Below are positions 1 to 12,960 of a stretch of 64,000 nt of DNA, one piece after another. The stretch is from NCBI GenBank assembly GCA_047967505.1, contig CM106538.1; one strand, 5' to 3'. The translations under genes and the position numbers were made by a program. A model generated the notes under the pieces. That model searched no databases and was not told the DNA's origin. It saw nothing but the letters and a program-made list of their open reading frames with translations. Position 1 is the first letter of the stretch. Every line of letters starts with the position of its first letter. This stretch comes from Dipteris shenzhenensis. Its lineage: Eukaryota.

Positions 1-491
1 CGATGGGTTTGGTGTTTTGGGATGCCAAAGCCATGGGCATAGGCTTGTGGAAGTCTGATTCCAGCCCATGTGCTCAGGAGTGGATGGGATGTTAGTTACC
101 TGCTGATATTTATTATGTTTTGCTGATTCTGTTTGGACCATGTTCAGAGTTAGATCTTAGAGGGGATGCAATAAATAGGCTCTAATTTTGTGGAATATTT
201 CATGCATAGATCATGTATATCAAAGAGGACTTTGTGCAAAAATACATGCAAGTCAATGGGGCCAAGAAGAGTCCTCCCTAGATGGTGATTCAGGTTTTCA
301 AAAGAAATTTTCAGAATTGTAGCAAGAGTAAAAGGGAGTGCATGTGCACAGAGTCACAAGAGTAAGGTTAACCCCATTGATTAATTTTTGCAAGAGTAAA
401 CTCAAAATTAAAAAATAGTCAATATGAATTATTGAGTCACAACTTTGTCATATAATACACATGAATTGATTGGATGAAAATGGATTAAAAG

Positions 492-560
492 AAGTAAATA
501 AGCTCTTTTGACATGATTAAGACAAAAGTAAATAAGCTCTTTTGACATGATTAAGACAAA
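492..560. repeat. 34-bp tandem duplication
   Basis: aagtaaataagctcttttgacatgattaagacaa occurs twice, starting at 492 and 526. Confidence 0.9.
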
Positions 561-697
561 TGGATCCAAGAAAAATTCTATTTCCATGATAACTAATATT
601 ACTTTTTAGAAAAACAATACTGCATACATTAAGAAAGAAACAAAGATGCTTAGAAGGAGAAACTACGCTCCCATACTATATTGTTATGTGATGGTAC

Positions 698-818
698 CTG
701 CAGTTCCTGAGTCAAATGGGCAGGGGGTAGAAGTCCAAGTAGATAGTGGTTCTCTCTTTCTTTGTCAGTGAAAGCAAGCCCTTTATTATACTGTGGATCG
801 CGTAAAAGCTCCAAGCCA
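698..818 (-). CDS. NADP-ME: NADP-dependent malic enzyme, coding exon 2
   Basis: Encodes [40 protein letters not shown], matching the plant NADP-ME motif SGYxLLRDPxxNKGLAFTxxERDAHYLRGLLPP. Acceptor AG at 820-819, donor GT at 697-696; 121 nt = 1 nt + 40 codons. Exon 3 not seen, so the gene probably continues beyond the window start. Confidence 0.93.
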
Positions 819-2601
819 CTGTCGTGCAGTGTCATAAAATTTTTTAATCTCTCTTTATACAAATACACATGGATGCTCTGCACAATGAAGCATAAATGCA
901 TAGAGATTGACACATGCAGCAAAGGCACAGCACATTATAGCTGAAGTTTTTTGTATTTGACTTGGATCTAATAGCCTTTAAAAACCAAATCTAACTTTTT
1001 GTCCACCTATCAGCTTTTATTTCCATAGAGCACAAACCTTCCCAAACATGTTGATTCATGCTGTTATGAGGCACATAAAATGCATACCATACATAGCATG
1101 AGGATTGCTAGCATCCTCCTTTATGAAACTCAAGACTTAGCTTTTACTCAGCATCAAGAACATGATGTGTGCTTTCAAAAATTGTTTTCCTATCATATAA
1201 ACACTATTGCATCTTAGGGAAAATACTCTAAAATTTTGAGCATGCTTCACATCGACCTTAGCACTACATCTACAACTCAAAGCCTAAATTTGCATCATTG
1301 TTTTATAAAAGACTTTGAATCTTGACCAATGTACCCCCAAATACAAACGACCACATGATCACCTTCCTCCTCACACCCCCATGCACCCCCTCCCAAAAAG
1401 AACAAAACAAAAAACAACACCCCCCCTCCCCAAACCGCCCCCAAAACAAAAAAGCTAAAGAGCTCCAAATCAGTAATGCATGCATGTATTCCAAGGCACA
1501 AGAGAAGTTATCACAAAGTCCACATTTCCATTTCTTCGTAAAAGGTTTTCCTTATCAACATCATATCAAGATCATCGTCAAACCTGTATATCTGAAAGAT
1601 TCTATTTGCCTTGTCACATACTATTCTTGATGTGTGGCATTTACAGATCATGAGGGGGTCTTTTCTAGTTGGGATGCTAGTATTAGTCTTCATGTATGCC
1701 ATTCATGTAGTGTTAATATCATCCTAGTTAAAATTTGTTGGCAATGCCCTATCTTATGAGCCCCTTAGAAGGAAAACTAATGGGCAGATTAGTCAAGGAG
1801 GAGGTAAAGGCAAAGTTTTGTCTCAAGGACCTATGAGCTCCCACTCAGGTCTCTACCTTTGCTTGCCCATTTGTCTTTAACCCTGTCTTCTTCCCCCGCA
1901 TCTCTCTAAGACTCACACGCCTACTTCGCTCTTCCTTATATAGTTGCTCCATTAGCTTCCTTGGAGAAGCTCTCTGAAACAATCTGAAGGTGTCTCTAAA
2001 TTCGGGTCCATGACTCCTCAACTCTCACTTCATCAAGTTCGTCTCCAAACATGCGAGCCATCTTGAAATGCAAGTTCTATCTAAGCAACGACAACCATCT
2101 GTAGCACTGTTGTGAAGGGGGAAGGGGCAGATTTGGAGATGGGGATAGAATAGAAGAAGGAAGGGAGGAGAAGAAAGGAGAACGGGAAAGAGAGAGGAAG
2201 AGAGAAAGAAAGAAAGAAAGAAAGTTTATTAAAGTCTTCGGGAGACCGTGAAGGTCTATGAGACTAAAGATAACTGATACCATGAGCATAACGGTGGCGG
2301 CCAGCCAACCGTTTCTACAAAAAAGAGTGACGAGAGAGAGAGAGAGAGAGAGAGGGAGGAGAGAAACAGTGTGAGCGTAGGCAGCAAGAAGCAGGAAGGA
2401 GTAGATAGGATTAGATGTCACATAAAAAAGGTTCATAGTAGGGGATGGAGACTTATATAGTCCCTCCACATTTCCCACCTAAAGGGCCTCTTAACTTGGC
2501 CTCTTTTTCCCCTTCATTACAGCCATCCCTTCCCATAGAATTTTGCCCTCAAAATTTCGTATGTGGGCTCTTAAATAGGTGCAGCAAACAGCAAATAAGA
2601 A

Positions 2602-3358
2602 TCAGCCCGGTAGGAGATAGGGGTTGTTCTGGACAATGCTCTCTAGCTGCCATGAGTTCTCATCCTCAGAGAGTCCTTGCCACTTGATAAGATACTCGGT
2701 GTAGACTTTGTTTCGGAGTACATGATCCCTGAAACCCATGATGCGCTCCGGAACACAAAGTATGTGGCCCCCCTCATCCATAGGTGGTAGCTCAGGAAGG
2801 ACTTGGACATGCTGTCTGACATGTGGCTTCAGCAAGGACACATGGAAAACCTTATGAATCCTGGACGTCCTGGGTAGCTCCAACTCATACGCCACCTCTC
2901 CAACTTTGTGGATGATCATGTAGGGATTGTAATACCTATGAGCAAGCTTCTGTGTTCATCTGCATACTTCTTCTGCTTGGCTTGGGCATCCTGCATATTC
3001 TTTTTAGCCAATTGCAGAAGGGCATCCATACTCTCCAAGTCATTTCTTGCTTGCTGATTTTTCATAGCCATGTCTGCAACTAAAGATGGCATACCCACTG
3101 TGCATCCATACATAGCCTCGAACGGGCTCATGTGGACATGTTGTCTGACATGTGGCTTCAGCGAGGACACATGGAAAACATTATGAATCCTGGATGTCCT
3201 GGGTAGCTCCAATTCATACGCCACCTCTCCAACTTTGCGGATGATCATGTAGGGATTGTAATACCTGTGAGCAAGCTTTTGTGTTCATCCGCATACTTAT
3301 TCTGCTTGGCTTGGGCATCCTACATATTCTTTTTAGCCAATTGCAGAAGGGCATCCAT
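2602..3358 (-). mobile_element. Ty3/Gypsy chromovirus remnant (integrase C-terminus plus chromodomain) with a ~227-bp internal duplication
   Basis: GEVAYELELP..IHKVFHVSLLKPH then PERI...EYLIKWQGLSEDENSW (chromodomain); SPFEAMYG. ~2803-3029 is repeated at ~3132-3358. PBS-like tggtataaagc on the minus strand near 3529. Confidence 0.85.
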
Positions 3359-4642
3359 GGGAGGAAAGAGGAAGCCTAGACTATAAAAGCTGTGAACAAG
3401 AAGAACATAAAGCTCCCACGGTAGGAAACGAGAAGGGGAACGATATGGGACAAGTTGAGGGAGGTGCAAAAAAGAGTGGAAAGGCCCCAAGAGAGGAAAT
3501 GAAACAAGATACTCCAAGCTTTATACCACTCAAAGAATAGTTGGGACAAAGGAGTTACCACAAGAAGAGGGTAAGGGATTTTGTTGTGCACTAATTGCTG
3601 ACGGAGAATCATATTGGCCATATTGTTTTCTTAAGACTAGGGTTTCATGAACTCAATAGAACATTCTATACGCACAAGTATGGGTATCGGTGAAAAAATG
3701 GATACATTAGGTATGTGCCATTGGTATTTATACAATATTCTTTCTAAAAATGTGTGTGCGTGTGTGTGTGTTCTTTTGTCATATATTGAGATCTTCTCTT
3801 GATGTATTTGGGCACTCTCCCCTTTTTGGTAGAGTTTCCCACTCTGGGACATCTTAAAAATGCTTTCTTAATGCAAAGTTTCTTTCACTAAAAAATTGTG
3901 TGTGTGTGTGTGCGCGCGCGCGCCTCGCTGCCAAGCTTGGCTAGAGGTTGTGAATTTCCCCACTGTTTGGAGAAACTTTTGCTCCAAATTGCAGCATCAT
4001 TGAGTAAGGTAGTGTGTCCACCCCAGCAAAAATGGGAATTCTAATAGATATGGCATATTGTGGGACATGGATGTCCCCATGCCAGAATCTTATTCCATTA
4101 TTGTGAATAACGTTGCAATGGGCAGAGCTTTTTATAAGCTTAAATGTCCTCTGACTTTGGTTACATGGCCTCACAATGTCCTCTGACTTTGTACAAGATG
4201 CCTCCAAAAGCAAAGCCTACATATGGGCTTAAAAATAAAATCAATAAACCAGCTAATGTGATAAAGGAAAGGCCAAAATCATTCTTGCTAATAATAATAA
4301 TGGTCAAATGCCCTTTGCAGCACAAGTAAAAGCCAAGAAAAAAACTTCAAATGTAGGTTGGCAAACCCCAAGGAAAATAGTCTCAGCTAGGAGAACTCTT
4401 CCACCTTGTACATGGACTGGTGCATCATCTAATGGGCATACACCTACTGAGAATTTTGGCATAGGCATTACTTGGGCTGCACCGACTACAACTCGTACTC
4501 TTTTCCCGGAAGATGAAGTTGCCCTTTTACTACGTGGCCCACACGATCTGGTGTCACATCAAGATCATGTCATGGATCTTGGTGCAGTCCTGATTTGCCT
4601 TTTTGTGTGATAGAATATGTACATATTTGTAAATCTGAAAAC

Positions 4643-5350
4643 ATGCTGGCACAGTTAAAATGTTTGACTTGCAATGTACAAGAATTACATGACCTACGAA
4701 CATGGAAAATTGTATGGACATATGTCGAGAGATTGCAGCCTGATATAATGGCCTTACACGAGCATAATCAGGATGGTTATCCAGGCCAGACAGGGCATTT
4801 TGCAAGATATGACTTTTCTATGCGGGTGACAATTCATTTTCTTGGGTGATAGTTCTTGTGAAACATGCTCTTCAACCTGTTGTAGCTTTCGATTATGACC
4901 AAGTAAGGTCGACGGATTGTTATGCAATGTCTTTTGCAAGGAGAAATATTCGAGTTTCCCTCAATTTATGCCCTACAATCATCGCATAGTAGAGAATTAA
5001 TCTGGCAGGCTATGCAATAGTATCCTTGGAAGCAAAAATGCCTTTCTTTGTGGGGATTTCAATAATGCTCCACAACCAAGAGATAATATGTCTGGTCATA
5101 CACATATGCTATCCTCGGAGCGAGTTTGGTCTCAATTTCTCCTCTAGTTTGGTCTTGTTGACCTTTGGAAAGAGACATGGCTTTGTTTCTTGGCTATACT
5201 TTCAGTGTAATGCACAGTCAGCTTATCGGGGCCCCTTTGGATTGCTGGTATATGATTAATGTGCACCAATATGGTGCATTCACTTGTAATATGTGGGCTG
5301 ATTATGCTTTTCCACATTCAGATCATGCTCCACTTTGGTTGCAGCTGTCT
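4643..5350 (+). mobile_element. Degenerate LINE APE-endonuclease remnant
   Basis: LKCLTCNVQEL...PDIMALHEH; GDFN (ggggatttcaat ~5053); SDHAPL (~5318); multiple frameshifts. Confidence 0.7.
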
Positions 5351-5651
5351 TTTTTTTCTTTGTTCATGAAAAAGACTTCTACTAAGTATCAAAGAAACAC
5401 GCGTGAGCAAGCCCAAAGCGGAAATACATCATGCTGGGCATGAGGATAAAAAACACTCTTGAAAAGTCAACAGAATACTCAGAATGAGCTGGAAAGAAAC
5501 CAAGATTGAGGCTGAAAATGCCACCTCAACCCTGCTATACTCTTGAAAAAAAAGGCGGAACCCCTCTATTTCCTAAGGAATATATCCCTCCTGGTAGAGA
5601 CTGTCCAGGAGGACCCTTGCATGCTCGCCCAACTAGCCATCAGTGTGAATG

Positions 5652-5835
5652 TGTAAGAGATTACAAAGATATGGTGTTGTAGGCATAAAGTCAACCCTAT
5701 GGTTGACCAGTAGTACTTGGGTACTATGTATACCAAGTACTTGTATTGTTTCCACTGAACATTTCTATTGGAGCTTTCTTGTGTGTGGACTCTTGCTCAC
5801 TTGTGTTCACAACCTGTCTCCAATTTGTTCCTACT
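5652..5835 (+). repeat. 5' LTR of Copia 5652-11182
   Basis: Starts tgtaagaga; 6 mismatches in 184 bp versus the 3' LTR. Confidence 0.93.
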
Positions 5836-8800
5836 GTCTCTAGAGCCCATTCCCGCACTCGCTTCCAGACTCCCGCAAGCTTGGTGCTCCAGTGCGCGTT
5901 CCTGGTTCTCACATTCAGCTCTCCAACTTTTGCTTGAGGTAGCTCCAACAGTCCAGTGGCTGTTTTTTGACCTTTTGAAGTTCGATTCCGACGTTTTTTG
6001 AAATTTCGGAGCCGCCCGCATACAAACAAGCATGTCCCGCACCATTTCAAGCGAAAAAAAATTTTCTATTTTTTCGTCCATACAATCCGTACGGATTTGT
6101 CCGTACAGTTGCGCGACAATGTCGCGAGTCCGTACGACTTGTCGGAACTTGATTTTGAGCCCGTACGACTTATTAGAAGGCGATTCGAGCAGTTTTCGAC
6201 TGTTTTTGGGCGTTTCTGCTCAGATCTGGACCTTTTCTAGCTCCAGTCTCTCCCGAGTGTGTTCCAGCAGCTCCAGGCATCTCCATACTTCTCCAGGCTC
6301 TTCTCTACACGTGTATTGTGTTTAGAAGTACTCCCAACAGCTTCATTCAGCTCCAAACAGCTCACTTTAGCTCCTTTGCCATCTCCAGCTTGCCCACACA
6401 GTCCGTGGACTATTTTGCAGGTGTTTCGGGCCAAGGTGCACTTTCAGTAAGTGTTTTGAGCTGTGTATTTCGCTTCGGGACTGTTTTTGCAGCCCATACT
6501 CTTGCACTCTCAGGTGCATTTGCAAATACTCTGCATTGTTGGGCGCATTTGCAATTACTTTACAGTTGTGGATGCTTTTGAGCTCCATTGGATGCATTTG
6601 AGCACTTGTGGGTGCGCTCTTTCAGATTTGGGTTGTGCATTTTCAGTTTGGGATTACACTTCAGATTGCAGTAGAGTGCAGTGATTCAGTGGCATTTCAG
6701 AGCAGCCAATCATACTTTGCATTTGCAGCCAGTATTAGTTTGGGATTTGTAGGCACATTTGCAGCTAGTTGCACTTTTGGGACTTCTTCTTTTTGCAGGT
6801 ACATTTGCAGCTTGTGGGTATCCCATTTTGCATCATGTCGACTCTTTCAAACAGTTTTGGCAATTTGTCCGAGGGTGACAAGCTGGATGGCCTTGTGGTC
6901 ATTCATGCTTATGAACATCTTGGTTGGTAAGGGCTTGTGGGATATTGTTAGTGGGGATGAGGTGAGGCTAGCAGGCTCATCTACATCCAGCATAGCTTCT
7001 TCGAGTCAGACTACAAGCAGACAGCAGACTGCTACAGTCCCTCCTGCTAGTTCCATAGCATCGATGGAGGAGCAGAAGAAGTTTGACTGCCGCAGTGCCC
7101 AAGCGGTGTTTTTGATTGCCACAAATGTGAAGAGGCACATTATGACAACTATCAAGTCGTGCAAGGATGCAAAGGCACCATGGGAAAGATTGGCAAACAT
7201 GTATCATGTTATGAATGAGGCAAGATCCATTGCCTTGACAAATCAGCTCAAGGATCTCAAGATACAGGAAGGCCAGGCCATCACTGATCATATTGCCAGG
7301 ATCACTGATCTACGTGATCAGCTCGCAAGTATTGATGAGGAAATAGAAGACAAGAAGCTCGTCTCTATTACTCTCAATAGCTTGGTGCCCTCATATGGCA
7401 CATTCGTCACTTCATTGACCATTGTTCTCAAGGCAGCCCCACTCTCGTTCGATGAGTTAGTTGGGCTTTTGTTGCAGGAAGAGGAGAGATGCTCAAATTT
7501 TGCCAAAGCCTCTCGTCAGGGTGAGCAAGCGCTTGCCATGGGTGGAAAGGGCAAATTTCAGAAAAAGTTTGAGCCAAAACACAGCCATACAACTTAGCCC
7601 AAGGAGGGGAATGCAAGCAGTTCAAGCAAAAATCAAAAAAAGGGCAAATGCAATTATTGCAAGAAGCTAGGGCATTACATCGCAAAGTGTCAGAAAAGGA
7701 TTGCCAATGAAAAGAAGAGGCAAAGGGACAGCTCTAGCAGTAATTTTGTTGCCCCCACTGAAACTCGTGCTTCAGATACACATGGTGAGGGCAAGATGAT
7801 AGAGATTTTGTGTTTGCTACATTTAATGAGAAGATGGATGCCAAGGGGTATTTGAATGCTGAAAATCAATCAGGGGATGCTTCCCTTGTTGCAAGTGATA
7901 CATGGTATATCGATAGTGGTGCTACTAAGCACATGACTCCTCGCCCGGAGTGGTTTGAGAGCATCACACTTGTTCATGGTAGACAGGTTACATGTGCCAA
8001 TGATGCTTCTCAAGACATCGTCGGAGTTGGGCACATTCCCATTCAGCTTGATAATGGGAAAGTTAAGTATATCTGAGATGTTTGGTATGTTCCAGATTTG
8101 AGGCAAAATCTGATTTCAGTTTCAAACATTGCCCATGATGAACATATGTTGGTCGAATTTCAGGATAAGCAATGCAGGATCAAGGATCCAAAGAAAGGGT
8201 ATGAGGTTGTAGCAACAGGCACATATGATAGAGGCTTATACAAGCTTGATGCTCAGCCTTATGATTAGAAGGTATTGGCTGTAGCAAACACTTCCCAGGC
8301 TGATTTATGGCATGCCAGGTTTGGACATGTCCATCATAGGGCATTGTCCTACTTGTACAACAATAATATGACTCAGGGAATGCCAAAATTACAGCAACCA
8401 GCAAATGAAGTGTGTGAGGTGTGTGCACTTAGCAAATTGCATCCCTTGCCATTCAGTAAACAAGGCAAGAATTGGGTCAAGGCAACCAGAATGTTGCAGA
8501 TAGTGCACAGTGATGTATGTGGCCCCATGACTATTCCCACGCATAGAGGAGCAAGATACTTTGTGACCTTTATAGATGACTTCTCCAGGTTCACATGGCT
8601 TTTTCTCATGAAGGAAAAATCTGAGGTGTTCTATTGGTTTCAGGAGGTCAAAGCTATGGTTGAGAACCAAACCAATTCTAGAATTGGAACACTCAACTCA
8701 GATAGAGAGGGAGAGTACATGTCACATGCATTCCAAGGATTTTTGAAGCAGCATGGGATTAAACATCACTTGACATGCCCTTACACACCACAGCAAAATC

Positions 8801-10998
8801 CACTCCCTGAGAGGAAGAATCGTACTCTCATGGAAATGACGAGATGCATGCTGAAATTCAAGAGAGTCTCAAAAGCTTTTTAGGGAGAAGCAATCGTGAC
8901 AGCCACTTATATTCAGAACAGATGCCCTACCAAATTTTTGGTTAATGTGACTCCATTTGAGGCTTTGTATGGCTTTAAGCCAAAGGGTAGTCATTTCAGA
9001 GTTTTTGGCTCAGTGGCATATGCTTTGGTTCCAGATGCACATCAGACAAAGCTTAGAGTATCAAATGCATTTTCGTGGGGTATAGCACTGAAAGCGCTAC
9101 TAGAAAGGTAATAATCAGCAGAGATGCTCTCTTTGCTAAGAATGAGTGCATGCAACCCGCTAGTGCAGACTTGCCACCATACGATGACACCCCTTTGGAC
9201 ATCATCCAGTTTGAGGATGATGAGATGGAGTCTCCTGATCATGGTTTAGATGGCTTGCCACATGTTGAGGATGGCTCTCCCTCAAATGTTTCAGATTTGC
9301 AGCCAATTAATGAGAATAGACAGCCTCATGTTTGGAGGCATTATCAACATCGTGAGGCCACTAAAGATGTTGATGCAGCTCCGAGTGGTACAGCAGAGAA
9401 ATCTATTCCACGTTGGGCAAGGTTGACCATTCAAGATGCTAAGGATCAGCCTACTTTGGGGAAAACCAGGGCTAGCACTCAGAAAAATCAGAAAAAGGTC
9501 AATTTTCCTTTGATGACCTCAGTGATGGAAGCTGAAAATGAGCCTCGATGCTTCAAGGACGCTCAGCATAATCTGGCATGGCAGAAAGCTATGGAAGCTG
9601 AGATTAAATCCATTGAGAAGAATGCCACATGGGACTTGGTTGATGCACCCATTGGGAAAAATGTGGTTGGCACGAAATGGATTTATAAGGTGAAATACCA
9701 TTCAGATGGCATAGTTGAGAAATACAAAGCCCGTTTGGTTGCCAAGGGATATGCACAAGAGGAGGGGATAGATTATGAGGAGACATTTTCTCCAGTGGCC
9801 AAGATGACCACCATTCGTTCTGTCATCTCTCTTGCTGCATTTTATGGTTGGTCAGTGTACCAGATGGATGTCAAGACCGCTTTCCTCAATGGAGATCTTA
9901 AAGAGGAGGTCCATGTACATCAGCCCCAAGGTTTTGACGTGAAGGGACAAGAGCACAAGGTATGCAAGCTCAGGAAGGCTCTATATGGGTTGAAGCAAGC
10001 ACCTCGTGCGTGGTATCAGAAGATACATCAGTTTTTGCTGTCCCAGGGATTCGTAAACACTCATACAGAGCCAAATCTGTATGTTCTGCAGCAAAAATCA
10101 GAATTGGTCATGTTGGTACTATATGTGGATGACATTATACTCACTGGTAGTGATTTGCAGCAAATTACAGCAGTGCAGTCCGCTTCATGTCACAACTTTG
10201 ACATGAGAGATTTGGGCCTATTGCACTATCATCTTGGCATTGAGTTTTGGCAGACCCATGATGGGATCTCTATGTCACAGACAAAGTATTCGAAGGGGTT
10301 GTTGTAGAAATTTAAAATGGAGAACTGTAAGCATTATGCTTCAAATTGTGATCTAAAGCTGAGTGGTTTCACCGACTCAGATTGGTCAAGGGACATTGAC
10401 GACAGATGGTCCACTACTGGCTATTGCTTCTTATTGGGTTCAGCCTGTATCTCATGGCTCAGTAAGAAGCAAGAGCGAGTCTCTCTTTCCTCCAGTGAAG
10501 CAGAGTACAAAGCTGCAAATTTAGCCACTACGGAGTTAATATGGTTAAGGAAGCTTTTGCATGACTTGCATCATGCACAGGATAGCGAAGCAAACTCTAT
10601 CTTCCGTGACAGCCAGAGTTGCATTGCCATAGCCAACAATCCTGTCTTTCATGCTCGCATGAAACACATTGAAAATCATTATCATTATGTACGGGATTGT
10701 ATTTTTTATGGCTTCATTGATCTCATCTATTGTCCATTTGAGGACAATGTGGTGGATATCTTCACCAAAGCCCTGTCAACATATCTTTTCTTACGACATC
10801 GACATGGCTTGGGGATCAAAAACATTCTCACAATGTCAAGGGGGGTTGTGAAGTGATTCGCAATGACATTGTTTTCATGTACTCCCATAGGTTGCATATC
10901 CATCTGGATGAATTTGTGCAACCATGGTACTTTAGGTACTGCAGGGTACACCTGAGATGTTTCCAGGGTACTTTCAGCCATATTTTTGAGGGGGGATT

Positions 10999-11182
10999 TG
11001 TAAGAGATTACAAAGATATGGTGTTGTAGGCATAAAGTCAACCCTATGGTTGACTAGTAGTACTTGGGTACTATATATACCAAGTACTTGTATTGTTTCC
11101 ACTGAACATTTCTATTGGAGCTTTCTTGTGTGTGCACTCTTGCTCACTTATGTTCACAACCTGTCTCCACTTTGTTCCTACA
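10999..11182 (+). repeat. 3' LTR of Copia 5652-11182
   Basis: TG...CA termini, preceded by the PPT and followed by the TSD. Confidence 0.95.
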
Positions 11183-11399
11183 GAATGGTATCAGTCCAAA
11201 GACTGGCCAGGGTGAAGGGTGGACCTGTGATCCATCTAAGGCCTCTGCACATCTGACCCTCCAAATTTGTCAAGCAGTAATACTAGCCAGTATCTCCCAA
11301 GCAGAATCCACATCAGCATGTACTGGTCTATAGCAGGAGATACACACATCCTCCAGAGAGCAAGGCTCAACTAGGTGTTGCCAAATCAAGATGGCCCAA

Positions 11400-12770
11400 G
11401 AAGCATCCTACCACTCATAGAAGATATGAGGCCCTGACAAAGAGAGCTAAGCCATTGATCCCCAAGTCATGAAGAAACGAGAGGGAGCAAAAGTACTTGC
11501 CTGCAATCCCATAAGCAATGACGAGCCGACTCCTCAACAAATGAGCACCTAGGACAATTGGAGTCTGCTTGTCCTCCACCTTTTCACTTCGATCCCTCCA
11601 TGAATAGAAAGCCAAAAAATAAAGCGATCTCTCTATTTCTTCAGGATTTCCAGAGCCTCCTCCAAAAGACTCTCTGCAAATCAGCGGAAACCTGATAAGT
11701 CTCCGAATGAGGGGATCTGGAAGGTCTCCACAACCTCTACAACTAATCTGGAATCTCCTGGCATTACTGATCGTGTAACCAAAAAAAGAAGACTCTTCTC
11801 TTGGTTCCCTGCAGCAGCAATCGATTCCCACTCTTCGAGAACCCACAGAAGATACTTTAGGGGGACTCCTCCATAGAGCCACAACCTCCATGAACCTGAG
11901 AGAGAAAGGTGAGGGCTTGGATCTATATGCCATGCAAAGTCCTTTCCCTGCTCCACATAGCATATGATTCTGATAGGTTGAAAAGACATGCCCATAAGAA
12001 TATCGTCTGAAGAAACAAATAGCCTGCCACCTGATTGTACAAAGACCAAGGCATCCTCCTGTGCTCCCAAAAAAGCAATGACCTGAAGAGGAATGCCTGT
12101 CCTTGAAAAAGCCCCCATCCACTATGAACAAACCACGGGTTTGTCATCTATATCCACCTAATAATGTGGTAAGGCTGCATCTATCTAAAGCATCCTCCCT
12201 GTACTTCCTCTAAGGTGACTGATCAATTGTTGTTGATGATCTTCTAGAATCCTTTTGAAGGCTTTCCAAGCCCTACAAATGTGGTAGGGCCTCTCTCCCA
12301 CCTGGACCACTGCATATAATGAGACAAACCAAGCTGCCTACCATGCTCATCAAGTATAATGTCATTCCATATGATAGGTTGAATGTCAATCTCTTCGAGA
12401 GAGGAGGGAGGAACTCTTCGAAGGGTACTTCTAAAGCTTGCCCAAGCTTTCAATAGCCACCATAAGTGGGGAGGAAGGAGATCTGAGATAGGCTGAAGTG
12501 AAAATCCATGTGGTGTTGTCCATCCAGTCTCCACCTGAGGAGGGGCTGCAGGGATGAATGCAATGAATAAAGGCATTTCCACGGCTCATCCCTAGGCATA
12601 AATCCTCTAGCCACAAACTTGCAAAGCAAGGCCTACATTGCAAATATGGGTCTATGATGTTGAGACCCCCCTCTTGTGTGGGAAGGATCAAGGTCTCCCA
12701 AGCCACCCTAGCAATAGTGTTTGTTGTGCCATCTAGCCCACTTCATAAATAATTCCTTATAGGCCTTATA
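11400..12770 (-). mobile_element. Degenerate LINE ORF2 3' part
   Basis: AWETLILPTQEGGLNIIDP (the W..L..P...GGL motif following RT in L1-like elements); QPIIWN; fragmented frames; boundaries approximate. Confidence 0.7.
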
Positions 12771-12819
12771 AGCTGAGTAATGCAATCCCCATCACTTGCC
12801 TTATTTCTTGTAATTGCAC

Positions 12820-12960
12820 TCCATGATCTTTTCCGAGCCTATGGAGAAGTGAGGGGTAACCAAGTGCATGTTCTCTTTGATCCGAGCAGCTCTCACAATT
12901 TTGTTAATTATAAACTTGTGCAAAAACTGGAGTTGTCATCTTCTAGGGAGTTCATGGTCC
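12820..12960 (+). mobile_element. Gypsy-type aspartic protease fragment
   Basis: FRAYGEVRGNQVHVLFDPSSSHNFVNYKLVQKLEL resembles retropepsin LxDSGSTHNF. Confidence 0.6.

Larger units (their letters stand above)
5652..11182 (+). mobile_element. Ty1/Copia LTR retrotransposon with both LTRs and target-site duplication; coding region disabled
   Basis: 184-bp LTRs; TSD GAATG at 5647-5651 and 11183-11187; PPT gagggggga before 10999. Gag with CNYCKKLGHYIAKC; protease WYIDSGATKHM; integrase WHARFGH..CEVC and HSDVCGP; RT YVDD; RNase H TDSDW. Stops, frameshifts and an RT-RNase H linker deletion near 10330. Confidence 0.97.

Noticed and set aside
1-697. NADP-ME exon 3
   Set aside because: Expected EKK/ERKLM..LRQY..PLQ-type sequence not found; this stretch is intron 2
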